From Candidatus Borrarchaeum weybense (GTDB lineage: Archaea > Asgardarchaeota > Sifarchaeia > Borrarchaeales > Borrarchaeaceae): DNA of 64,000 nt. Under the pieces are notes generated by a model. That model was not told where the DNA came from and did no database searches. It was given only the letters and a program-made list of their open reading frames with translations. Below, piece after piece: positions 9,801 to 19,009 of the stretch (positions are counted from its first letter, which is position 1; every line of letters starts with the position of its first letter). The DNA is taken from positions 256,001 to 320,000 of the forward strand of contig JAHQJS010000006.1 in NCBI GenBank assembly GCA_019057385.1, written 5' to 3'. The position numbers and the translations under genes are program-made.

Positions 9801-10092
9801 AACCCATCCAGTTATCTTATTTCATAATTAGAGAAATCTTATCTGACTCAAAATGTGCTCAGTATATTCATAAAGGTTCCGTCTTTTCTCGCTCTTATTT
9901 TTGAGGACAGCTTGAAAAAAGATATATTAGTTAGACTTGAAAATGTCTTTGTAACATCCTTATATGGCACATCAAGGAATTTTCTTCTTGAAGTATAAAA
10001 AGTCCTCTAAGAGATAAGATCTTATGTAGTAGATTCCATAGATGTTATTGATCTTGAATAACAACTACACAGATCATATGAGAGATGCTCAA

Positions 10093-10971
10093 ATGCGTAT
10101 AGGTATTATAACAAACCTTGAAAAGAGTTTTGAAGTTCAGGAATTAGTTAATTCATTGCAGAACAGACAAATTACACCTTTGATCTTTTCGTTTGATCAA
10201 CTTGCTGCAAATATTGGCTTTGAGAGAGACACTATTCAACTGAAGGACATAAATCTCTTGGATGAATTGGATGCACTAATCGTTAGAGGACCTCCTATGG
10301 GTACGTTAGAACAAATAACTGCTAAATTGGATATTTTATACAAATTAGAAGGTCTAGGAATTACGATTATCAATTCCCCTAAAGCAATTGAAGTGTCTGG
10401 GGATAAATTTCTTTCAGGAATTCGACTTGCAGAAGTTGGTTTACCAGTACCTAAAAGTATAGTAACTGAGACTCTAGATGCCGCACTCGATGGCTTCTCA
10501 AATTTGGGGGAAGACGTAATTGTAAAACCAATTATTGGGAGTAGAGGGCGAGGAGTTGTAAGAATAACAGATCGGGAAATTGCTTGGCGTATATTTGATA
10601 CGTTAATTCGCTCTAATCAAGTCATTTTCATGCAAGAATACCTTCCTCATGGATTACAAGATATTAGAACTCTTGTTGTTGGCAATACGGTAACTGCTGC
10701 AATGTATCGGTTATCTAATAACTGGAAATCTAATATAAGTGAAGGTGCTATACCAAAACCTTGCAAGATTGATGAATCATTGGAACAACTGAGTATAGAT
10801 GCTTCTAAAACTCTTGGGTGTGAACTGGCTGGAATCGATTTAGTTGAAGTAAAAAACACAAGATATGTTATAGAGGTAAATCCAAGTCCTGGATGGAAGG
10901 GATTACAAAGCGTTACCGAACATTCGATTGCTGATGCGATCATTAACAAAATATTAACAAAGATAGCGTGA
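10093..10971 (+). CDS. RimK-family ATP-grasp alpha-L-glutamate ligase (MptN/CofF-like)
   Basis: KPIIGSRGRG, QEYLP, DIRTLVVG, WKSNISEG, EVNPSPG. Start placed at MRIGII; the ORF extends to 10042. Confidence 0.88.
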   Translation: MRIGIITNLEKSFEVQELVNSLQNRQITPLIFSFDQLAANIGFERDTIQLKDINLLDELDALIVRGPPMGTLEQITAKLDILYKLEGLGITIINSPKAIEVSGDKFLSGIRLAEVGLPVPKSIVTETLDAALDGFSNLGEDVIVKPIIGSRGRGVVRITDREIAWRIFDTLIRSNQVIFMQEYLPHGLQDIRTLVVGNTVTAAMYRLSNNWKSNISEGAIPKPCKIDESLEQLSIDASKTLGCELAGIDLVEVKNTRYVIEVNPSPGWKGLQSVTEHSIADAIINKILTKIA

Positions 10972-11101
10972 TTTAACTCAATCCTTGAAATAAATTGGGA
11001 GCAAAGGAGGAATTGGTAACATCATTTCTTGATATTGCTAGATTTTTTCCTCTTAAAATAATATGAATCTTCTAATGGTTTGTTAAAACTGATTAGAGAG
11101 T

Positions 11102-12007
11102 GTGAATTTGAAGATAGGAGTTGCAATTTCGTCATCAGGACAGACACTTCGTTGGCATGAATTGCAGTTAAAACGTGCATTGGATAAGAAAAATATCTCT
11201 ACAGTTTTCTTCCCAATAAAAGATACAATAGCAAATTATAGTAGATCCACTTTAGGTGTTCATTATAACAACTCTAATTTAATTAATGAACTAAGCGGCG
11301 TCCTAGTTAGGGGGCCAGGAATCGGCGTTTTGGAACAAATCTATTTTCGAATGAATGTGGTTAGACTCTTTGAGCACTCAGGTACTTATGTCATTAATTC
11401 GGCAAAAGCAATTGAGCAAGCAAGTGACAAATTATTTACGTCTATGGCTTTAGACGGGGCAAATATTTCAGTACCTCCAACCATGGTGGCACAGAAAATC
11501 GATGACGCAATGAATTTCTTTAAAAGCTATAAAGATATAGTAATAAAGCCGTTGTTTGGTTCAATGGGCCAGGGGATTACTCGCATAACAGATGAGGACA
11601 CAGCATATTTAATATTTGAAACTTTAGAGCAATTTGATTTGATCATTTATCTCCAGAAATTTATTCCACATGGAAATCGAGATATTAGAGCCTTGGTGAT
11701 AGGAGATCAAGTTATTGCAGCTATGTATCGAGTTGCAGAAAACAATGGTTGGAAAACGAATGTAAGTCTAGGAGCTACTCCTGAAGTGTGTGAGCTGAAT
11801 GAGAAGTTAAAAAAAATCTGCGTTAGAGCTGCTCAAATAGCAGGTTGCGAAATCGCAGGAATTGATATAATGATCCCCGAAAATGAACAGGATACTGATT
11901 ACTATCTACTTGAAGTAAATGCATGTCCTGCATGGGAAGGTCTGCAGAAAACTACAACATTAAACATAGCTGAAGTTATTGTAGATTATATAGCAACCAG
12001 AGTATAA
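11102..12007 (+). CDS. RimK-family ATP-grasp alpha-L-glutamate ligase (paralog 2)
   Basis: KPLFGSMGQG, QKFIP, DIRALVIG, WKTNVSLG, EVNACP. Confidence 0.88.
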   Translation: MNLKIGVAISSSGQTLRWHELQLKRALDKKNISTVFFPIKDTIANYSRSTLGVHYNNSNLINELSGVLVRGPGIGVLEQIYFRMNVVRLFEHSGTYVINSAKAIEQASDKLFTSMALDGANISVPPTMVAQKIDDAMNFFKSYKDIVIKPLFGSMGQGITRITDEDTAYLIFETLEQFDLIIYLQKFIPHGNRDIRALVIGDQVIAAMYRVAENNGWKTNVSLGATPEVCELNEKLKKICVRAAQIAGCEIAGIDIMIPENEQDTDYYLLEVNACPAWEGLQKTTTLNIAEVIVDYIATRV

Positions 12008-12035
12008 CGAAGAGCACATTGAAGGACAAATCTCG

Positions 12036-12671
12036 ATGAATACCACAATAGCGATTTTATCCGGAGGAAAATCTCATAGACTTAAGTCAGTTGTCCCAGA
12101 CAAAGGTTTACTATTGCTGAACAACAAACCAATGATTTTATGGGTGATAGAGGTTATTCAAGAACTCTCTAATAACATTCTAGTCATCGTAAGTTCAGAA
12201 AGTCAAAAAGAAAAATATCTTGAAGTTATAGAAAATCTTGCAGAAATGGTGATAGACAAAAGAGAGTCTATTAGGAGTTCCTTGCTGGGTGCACACGCAG
12301 CATTCATGCATGCAAGTGGGAAATACACCATTTTATTACCTAACGATACGCCTTTATTAAATCGAGATGCCTTACTCCTATTAATAGAATTATGTGAAGA
12401 CTATGATGTGGTATTACCCCGATGGCCAAACGGATTTATCGAGCCCTTACATGCCATTTACAGGACAGAAATTGCAAGAAAAAGATCAACGGAACTGATA
12501 CAGAAAAACCAATATAAACTAGATGGTCTGCTACAAAATGCAAACGTTTTGTATATCAATACTGAGATTTTCAAACAATTTGACCCTCAACTTAATATGT
12601 TTTTCAACGTAAATACCCCAGGTGATCTGAAGAAACTAAAAGGTTTAGTCAAAAAGCCTCAAAGGAGATAA
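12036..12671 (+). CDS. mobA: MobA-like nucleotidyl(guanylyl)transferase
   Basis: ILSGGKSHRL...DKGLL, EPLHAIYR, FFNVNTPGDL. Confidence 0.82.
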   Translation: MNTTIAILSGGKSHRLKSVVPDKGLLLLNNKPMILWVIEVIQELSNNILVIVSSESQKEKYLEVIENLAEMVIDKRESIRSSLLGAHAAFMHASGKYTILLPNDTPLLNRDALLLLIELCEDYDVVLPRWPNGFIEPLHAIYRTEIARKRSTELIQKNQYKLDGLLQNANVLYINTEIFKQFDPQLNMFFNVNTPGDLKKLKGLVKKPQRR

Positions 12672-12677
12672 GATGAA

Positions 12678-13445
12678 TTGGAACTCCCGAAAATTGAAAT
12701 TTTTCCAATCCCCGGTATACCTATCATACGAGAAGGGGATAATACTGGAGAAATAATATGCCAATGTATAAACAACACGCGGATTGCTTTACAAGAAGAG
12801 GATATAATAGTTATAGCCCATGCGATAGTTTCAAGAGCGGAAGGAAGATTGGTAGATTTAAGGACGGTCATACCTTCTGAGTTTGCACAAACGATTTCAG
12901 ATCAATGCGATAAAGACCCAAGACATGTAGAAGTGATTCTCAGTCAAGCAAAGTCAATCGTACGGATGAAAGATGGAATATTAATAGTTGAATCAAAAAC
13001 ACCAGCAGGATGGGTAATGGCAAACGCAGGAGTAGATCAATCTAATTCTCTTGGAGAAAACTTTGCTCTTCTTTTACCAGAGAATCCAGATCGTTCCGCA
13101 GAAACAATTAGAAAAAAAATACAAGAAGAATATGGGGTTGAAGTAGCAGTAATTATTACAGATACTTTTGGCAGAGCACTGCGTTCAGCTGCAGTTAATG
13201 TAGCTATTGGGACATCAGGGATTAAACCGATCCTAGACTTAAGAGGAGTGAAAGATCTCTTCGGCTATACATTGACTAGCACTTGCGTTGCGATCGCAGA
13301 TGAACTCGCTTCAGCTGCAGAGTTAATTAGTGGACAATCAAATGAGGGGTTTCCTGTTATTGTAATTCGTGGATACAAATATCAAAAGGGAACAGAATCC
13401 GCATTGTTGCTTGCTAGGCCAAGAGAAAACGCTCTCTTTTGGTGA
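12678..13445 (+). CDS. cofE: Coenzyme F420-0:L-glutamate ligase
   Basis: IVSRAEGR, ANAGVDQSN, LLPENPD, IITDTFGRA, ADELASAA. Confidence 0.93.
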   Translation: MELPKIEIFPIPGIPIIREGDNTGEIICQCINNTRIALQEEDIIVIAHAIVSRAEGRLVDLRTVIPSEFAQTISDQCDKDPRHVEVILSQAKSIVRMKDGILIVESKTPAGWVMANAGVDQSNSLGENFALLLPENPDRSAETIRKKIQEEYGVEVAVIITDTFGRALRSAAVNVAIGTSGIKPILDLRGVKDLFGYTLTSTCVAIADELASAAELISGQSNEGFPVIVIRGYKYQKGTESALLLARPRENALFW

Positions 13446-13515
13446 CTGCGAAATATGATAAAAAAGATTATAACTATCATCTAAAATTCAAAAATATCCG
13501 TAAAAGTTGATATAA

Positions 13516-15045
13516 ATGAAGGGTGACAACACCGAACTAAGAAAATGGCCTCCAGTTTCGGGTGATTGGGTACTAGGTAATCCAAACGCTCATATCGCTA
13601 TTATGACTTGCGGATCATATGAGTTGCCAAGTCATCTTGTAAACTCAAATAAAGATTATGTCGCAATTGCAGGTTTTTGTGAAGTTGAGAATGAGGGTAT
13701 AGCAAAAATATTACAAAATATATGCTCTAACGCATCTATTCGTGTACTAGTCGTCGCCGGCGAGAGAGTAAAAGGACATGAGCCCGGACAGAGTATTATT
13801 AGCCTCTATGAGAACGGCATTGATGATAATTTTACTATTATTGGAAGTAACGGTACCATACCCACGCTATTGCCCCGATATTTCAAAAATATAGATCCTT
13901 TCATATGGGTTTCACGCTTTCAACAGCAGATTGTGAATATTTTAGATTTGCGCAATGAAACAGATCTTAACAAAATTTCAGAAGAAATCGCTAAACTTGG
14001 AGAACAAGCATTTGAAACATTCCCCGATGAACCTCTCTTTCCTCCTGTGCAAAAGGTAAATTACGATTTTGGAACGTTGGCGAGTTCTGAATATGATATC
14101 ACTGAGATTGATGTAAAGAAAACTGAAAATATGCTTTTAGGAAATCCGCTCTTTTTTTCTAATACACAGCTACTGGTCTACGATATAGGTGGCACAAAGA
14201 TTGGAGGACAACGAGGAGAATACCCATGTGTCTTAGCTGGAACGATTTTTTATAAGGGTGATAAGACGGTGGAAAATTCCGATCGAGGATTATTTGACAA
14301 AAAACTAGCCGCTGATTACATTTATCAACAGGAACTAAAATCATTTGAATTTGAAATCCCATCAATGGTGCATGTCGTTGGTGAAACACCAATGGCTATT
14401 GAAAACTATCTATTGTTTGCTATAGAGCGTACAGACTCTCCGATTATAGTAGATTCCCCAGACGCTGCGACAAGGATTGCTGCAGTTCAGTTATCAAAAG
14501 ATATGGGGTTCGACAACCGAATAATTTACAATTCTATCTTTGTCCAAGATGAAGCGGAAATAAAGACGCTTACCGAAATTGGAGGCGTTGAATATGCAAT
14601 AATTTTACCATACGATCTCACTGTTGAAGAAAGGGTCGTAAAGACAAATGATCTCATTAATTTTGCAAAAGATGCTGTCAAGAAACCAATTTTGGATCCG
14701 GGTGTCCCTAAACTTGGTGAAGGGGGTTTTAGTGCACTCCATGCTGCATGGACCTTAAAAGATATTTACGGGTTCCCAATGGCTATTGGAATTCACAACT
14801 TACATTCAAGATTGCCAAAAAAGGAAAAAGGATTATCAGCAAAATCATTAGATTTTGGATTTAATTATGCGTTTCCATCAAATTTTGGGATAGATATTAA
14901 CATGTATGGACCGATAAAAAGGGCTGATAAAATCTTTCCAATGATTGCGGCTATTGAAACTATGATCGCTGATGAACTGATTAAAATCTACGATATATCA
15001 CCTAGACCTCCACATCCATATTATAAACTTGGTCTGGAAGGATGA
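13516..15045 (+). CDS. mtrAH: MtrA-MtrH fusion: corrinoid protein plus methyl-H4MPT methyltransferase
   Basis: N-terminus WPPVSGDW...ENEGIAKILQNICSNASIR...VKGHEPGQS is MtrA with the cobamide-ligating His. From about nt 14165, DIGGTKIGGQRGEYPCVLAGTIFY...YNSI...DPG...GIHN...YGPIK is MtrH. No TM anchor. Confidence 0.88.
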   Translation: MKGDNTELRKWPPVSGDWVLGNPNAHIAIMTCGSYELPSHLVNSNKDYVAIAGFCEVENEGIAKILQNICSNASIRVLVVAGERVKGHEPGQSIISLYENGIDDNFTIIGSNGTIPTLLPRYFKNIDPFIWVSRFQQQIVNILDLRNETDLNKISEEIAKLGEQAFETFPDEPLFPPVQKVNYDFGTLASSEYDITEIDVKKTENMLLGNPLFFSNTQLLVYDIGGTKIGGQRGEYPCVLAGTIFYKGDKTVENSDRGLFDKKLAADYIYQQELKSFEFEIPSMVHVVGETPMAIENYLLFAIERTDSPIIVDSPDAATRIAAVQLSKDMGFDNRIIYNSIFVQDEAEIKTLTEIGGVEYAIILPYDLTVEERVVKTNDLINFAKDAVKKPILDPGVPKLGEGGFSALHAAWTLKDIYGFPMAIGIHNLHSRLPKKEKGLSAKSLDFGFNYAFPSNFGIDINMYGPIKRADKIFPMIAAIETMIADELIKIYDISPRPPHPYYKLGLEG

Positions 15046-15048
15046 ATA

Positions 15049-16347
15049 GTGCTTAAATGTGCAGAAAACATTGAGGATCTCTATGGTCCGTATATCATTA
15101 GAGGAAGATCAATCGATTTAGTTTGGAGAACATATTTGTCAAAAATCATTGAACAAGGATTATCTGTAATCACAGAAGATAAACAACAGAAAACTAAGGA
15201 GACCTTATGTTGCATATCCCATTTGACTGACTGGAAAAGTGGGCGAATAGTTCCTAGAAATTATGTTGGATTATCACCAGAAATTATTAGAACACAATAC
15301 CTACCACAGTATCTAAGCGGCGAAAAGGGAGATCATACATACACCTACGGTTGGTGTGTAAGAAAAAGATTTGGATTTGACCAGACCAAACTGGCAGTCG
15401 AGCAATTAAAAACTTCAAGAACAGCATTCGCGCAACTTTGGAATCCTATAGAAGATCTAAAAAGTGCTAATCCACCTTGTGTTGACATAGCACTGTATTA
15501 CAATGATTTTTCAACAAAAATGCTCCACATGATTGCCTATATCCGTAGCAATGATATGGGACGTGCCCACTCTGATGATGTTGCAGGTCTCTACGAAACA
15601 TTTCTCCGTTATGACGGCGCCTTTAATTTATATGGAGCCCAGAAAGCTGCAGGTACATTAACAACCATTTCAGGTTCTGCTCATATATATGATACCTCAA
15701 TTCCTGAACTACAAGAAATTTTGGTTGGTTCTGTTACTTTAGCGAATGAAAATCAGCCTTTAAATACCAAAACTTTACCAGGGCCTATTTTGTTTCAATC
15801 AAGAACCTATCAAAGTTTCCTTTCAGAATTAGAAGTCAAATTCAAAAAATACTGCAGAGAAAATAATGGATCATTTGATCTCTTTTTTACTGTAAGATTT
15901 GATGATTTAGCTTCTTCTGATTTTGATTCGAGTCAAACATTAGAAAAATTAAATGACCAGATTAAAGATCCTTCGCTTGAAAGTACGATTCGAAATTATC
16001 AAGGAGTAACAGATACTGGGAATGCATCAAGTATTGATCAAATCGAGTTTATTGCAAAAAAACTTAGAAATGCACCGAGAAGTCGACGGATGGTTATTGC
16101 GCCTAATAATCCCTCCAAAAAAATCTATTCTTTGAATCCTATAATAGTTCAATTTCTTTATCGACTTGAAAAATTGTATACAATTGCATTATTCTCCAAT
16201 TACAGCCTTATAGATATTCCTAAGGCAGTAATTATGGTTAGAAATCTCCAAAATGAAGTCCTCAAAGGCACAGATATCGCTGCTGGACCTATAGTGTTTC
16301 TATTTATGCCTGGTACCCATAAAACCAAGCATTTCTCTCTTTCGTGA
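15049..16347 (+). CDS. Thymidylate-synthase-fold protein with tandem (active plus degenerate) domains
   Basis: Domain 1: YTYG...DQ, WNP..D...PPC, RSND, SAHIY. Domain 2: DQIEFIAKKL...SRR...QFLYR, without the catalytic Cys. Confidence 0.85.
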   Translation: MLKCAENIEDLYGPYIIRGRSIDLVWRTYLSKIIEQGLSVITEDKQQKTKETLCCISHLTDWKSGRIVPRNYVGLSPEIIRTQYLPQYLSGEKGDHTYTYGWCVRKRFGFDQTKLAVEQLKTSRTAFAQLWNPIEDLKSANPPCVDIALYYNDFSTKMLHMIAYIRSNDMGRAHSDDVAGLYETFLRYDGAFNLYGAQKAAGTLTTISGSAHIYDTSIPELQEILVGSVTLANENQPLNTKTLPGPILFQSRTYQSFLSELEVKFKKYCRENNGSFDLFFTVRFDDLASSDFDSSQTLEKLNDQIKDPSLESTIRNYQGVTDTGNASSIDQIEFIAKKLRNAPRSRRMVIAPNNPSKKIYSLNPIIVQFLYRLEKLYTIALFSNYSLIDIPKAVIMVRNLQNEVLKGTDIAAGPIVFLFMPGTHKTKHFSLS

Positions 16348-16397
16348 ATTATATGCATTCTGAAAAAGAATTTTTGATGAATGACATCTATTTGGTG

Positions 16398-17561
16398 TCA
16401 TCCTTTGAGAAACAAAATCTTAAGCTCATTTTCGTGGAATTTAGCCTTTTCGATCTCCTTGTCCCGAATAATTGTGGGGAGATATAAAACACGCTTGTAT
16501 TTGCCTACACGAATAACCAGTGTGTTACGATCGTGCTCGATTGATAATTCACCTTTTTCGCTGAAAGGCAGTTTTATAACCAGTTCATAGTTTCCATTGT
16601 CTTGTTGCACAAGTTGAAACGGTCTTTCTGTAGTTAGAGTTTCAGTCGGATCTTTATCATGATAGAGCGCATCTGCCACTTTTCCAAGAAGCGTGGTACC
16701 TATGATTTCTTCCTGGAACAGTGGAACTGGAAGAATTGGAAGTGGATCAAATGCTTCATCGATCTGATTCATATAATCGGCTTGCTGTTGTTTCCAGCGC
16801 ACAAAAAATGGATCACTAACCTCCTCTGGAAGTAATCTATTGACTACAACTCCGTCAACGAGAAAACCAAACAAGTTCATAAAGGTTAATGTGCGCATCG
16901 ATTCTAGTAATACCATTTTTTCTGGATTAACCACCAACTTAACCGTTGTGACCGATGGATCTACAAGCAGTTCTCGAACTTCCATTGCTTCTTCAATCAA
17001 AGAATCTGTAACTTTTTGCACATCTGCACCAGGTAATGAGACTGGTAAAAGCATCCGAAGTGGCTTTAATTCCTCAAGTATTATTTTTTCGAGCTCCACC
17101 AGATTTCGACCAAGTGAACCGATGACCTCTGGAAAACTCATTAAACGAAGTGTATGTCCTGTAGGCGCCGTATCCAATACTATAACATCGTACTCGTTTA
17201 TGTACTGACGGATAGTTAAAAGACTAAATAACTCATCCATTCCAGGAATTACTACCATCTCACTCGCTAAAGCTTGGTCAAACCCTCTCGCAGTAAATAA
17301 TTGTGTAAGATACTTGAGTACAATCTCCCATTTTTCCTCCATCAGGCGCTGGGAATCAATTTCCAGACCATATAAATTCTCGCTTATCTTTTTCGGGGAG
17401 TGACCACCTAAATTAATACCTATTGCGTCACTTAAACTATGAGCTGGATCTGTGCTGAGCATTAAAGTTTTTTTTCCATTCTCTGCACACCGTAAACCTG
17501 TAGCTGCCGACACAGTTGTCTTTCCGGTGCCACCTTTTCCTGTAAACACTAAAATTCGCAT
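16398..17561 (-). CDS. ArsA/Get3-like ATPase with C-terminal HSP20-like domain
   Basis: GKGGTGKTT, STDPAHSLSD, DTAPTGHTLR, NPEKMV; C-terminal beta-rich LVIKLPF...LVIRVGKYKR. Confidence 0.9.
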   Translation of the reverse strand: MRILVFTGKGGTGKTTVSAATGLRCAENGKKTLMLSTDPAHSLSDAIGINLGGHSPKKISENLYGLEIDSQRLMEEKWEIVLKYLTQLFTARGFDQALASEMVVIPGMDELFSLLTIRQYINEYDVIVLDTAPTGHTLRLMSFPEVIGSLGRNLVELEKIILEELKPLRMLLPVSLPGADVQKVTDSLIEEAMEVRELLVDPSVTTVKLVVNPEKMVLLESMRTLTFMNLFGFLVDGVVVNRLLPEEVSDPFFVRWKQQQADYMNQIDEAFDPLPILPVPLFQEEIIGTTLLGKVADALYHDKDPTETLTTERPFQLVQQDNGNYELVIKLPFSEKGELSIEHDRNTLVIRVGKYKRVLYLPTIIRDKEIEKAKFHENELKILFLKG

Positions 17562-17669
17562 TTAATAACTTCCTCTTTCATCGCAAGTAGTTCAACTCAA
17601 CTATCCATTGAATCATAAAAAATTACTGAAAATTGAATAAAAACGAGTCAAATTGTGACGATTAGTGTT

Positions 17670-18281
17670 TTATTCAACACTTATCTCAAAAGATTTCGAA
17701 TTGTCGCCAGAATTCTTTTTTGGGTTACTTAGAGTATTGTTGACAGCCTCTAACTCACTTTCTAGAATTTTTTTATACTGCATGAGCACCTCTACAAGCT
17801 GATCTGGCTTTACAATTTGAATTAACCATTCTCTTAATTGTTTACCTCTATCTTCCATAAGCTGTATAACATCTTTTAGTCTGTTTTCTACATATGTTTG
17901 GTAAGGGCTAAAATATTCGTCGATAAAACTAACAAATTTGCCTAGTAGGTCGATTTCTTGATCAAAACGTTCTGCAATAATCTTTAGAACACCTTTTCCC
18001 TTGTCCGTTAATTGATACATCTTTTTTGTGCCACCCTCTCCACTTTCAGTGATATTCTGAATTAACTTATCATTTTCTAATCTGGAGAGTGTAGGATATA
18101 TTGTGCCGCTTTTTGGCTCCCATGCGCCACCAAACTTCCCTTTTAGATCTTGTATAATATCTGAACCTGCCATCGGCTTTTCTTGTAGCAGCACTAATAT
18201 TAAAAATTCAACTGGGCTCACTTTTCGTTCAAGTACATTTCTGAAAAGCCCTCTACCTAATCCTCGACCAAGCCAAAACAT
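17670..18281 (-). CDS. PadR-family transcriptional regulator
   Basis: LILVLLQEKPMAG...WEPKSGTIYPTLSRLE...KKMYQLTDKG. Confidence 0.9.
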   Translation of the reverse strand: MFWLGRGLGRGLFRNVLERKVSPVEFLILVLLQEKPMAGSDIIQDLKGKFGGAWEPKSGTIYPTLSRLENDKLIQNITESGEGGTKKMYQLTDKGKGVLKIIAERFDQEIDLLGKFVSFIDEYFSPYQTYVENRLKDVIQLMEDRGKQLREWLIQIVKPDQLVEVLMQYKKILESELEAVNNTLSNPKKNSGDNSKSFEISVE

Positions 18282-19009
18282 GTTACTCTTCCTCTTTTTA
18301 ATAAATGTAGAGTTATCAAAATCAACGGGTTAAATTACCTTAAAAAGACTTTTGGTTATAAAAAATACTCTTTCAGTATTTATAAATACCATGTCGAAAA
18401 AATAAAAGAAAATCAAAAGAAAGAAAGACTTACAACATTTCCTTTGCCAGAACATGAAAAGAATCTATAAAATCAATGAAGAAAAGAATTTGAATGTTCA
18501 GGCAAATCGCACCACAGAGTATTCCTTTTTATTATTGACGCATCCTTCTATTTGTCGAAGAGTCTAATTTCGAAAAATATACGTTTTCAAAAAGAATCAA
18601 ATCCAAGTTCTGCCCCCGCCAAGATACCCGCGTTACACAGAGGGGAGGGGGAGGGAGCTCCAGAGCCTAAAAGAAAAGTAGTATTCAATTCGGCTCTGAA
18701 GCGTTATTTGTCAAATAGTCGTTATGCTTTTTAAAAATTTCGATCAATGTATATTGAGGTTTCTAGTTCAGAAAAAATTAAAGTGGATTTTGTAATATTC
18801 TGGTTAACGAATATTACTTTACGACATAAAGATAGGATTTCTTGCTTGCTTACGGGAACTGGTCACTTCTTCGTTGATCCAGCTTGATATTTCGCGGTTT
18901 CAAAATATGACAGTTGTATAAATTACAATTTGTAATCTAACAGAACAGCTAATCAAGTTTTGAATTCTTAATTCTCTTGCCCCGCTGACACGACGTATGC
19001 GACAAACGA

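Noticed and set aside
13516-15045. Evidence for methanogenesis or Na+-pumping Mtr
   Set aside because: No membrane anchor, and no mtrB-G or mcr genes in the window.
18552-18734. 60-aa plus-strand ORF
   Set aside because: No SD or motif; the GC-rich part is better explained as structured RNA on the other strand.
18792-18817. 9-bp inverted repeat GTAATATTC/GAATATTAC as a PadR operator
   Set aside because: About 500 bp from the padR start and AT-rich; could be chance or a terminator.
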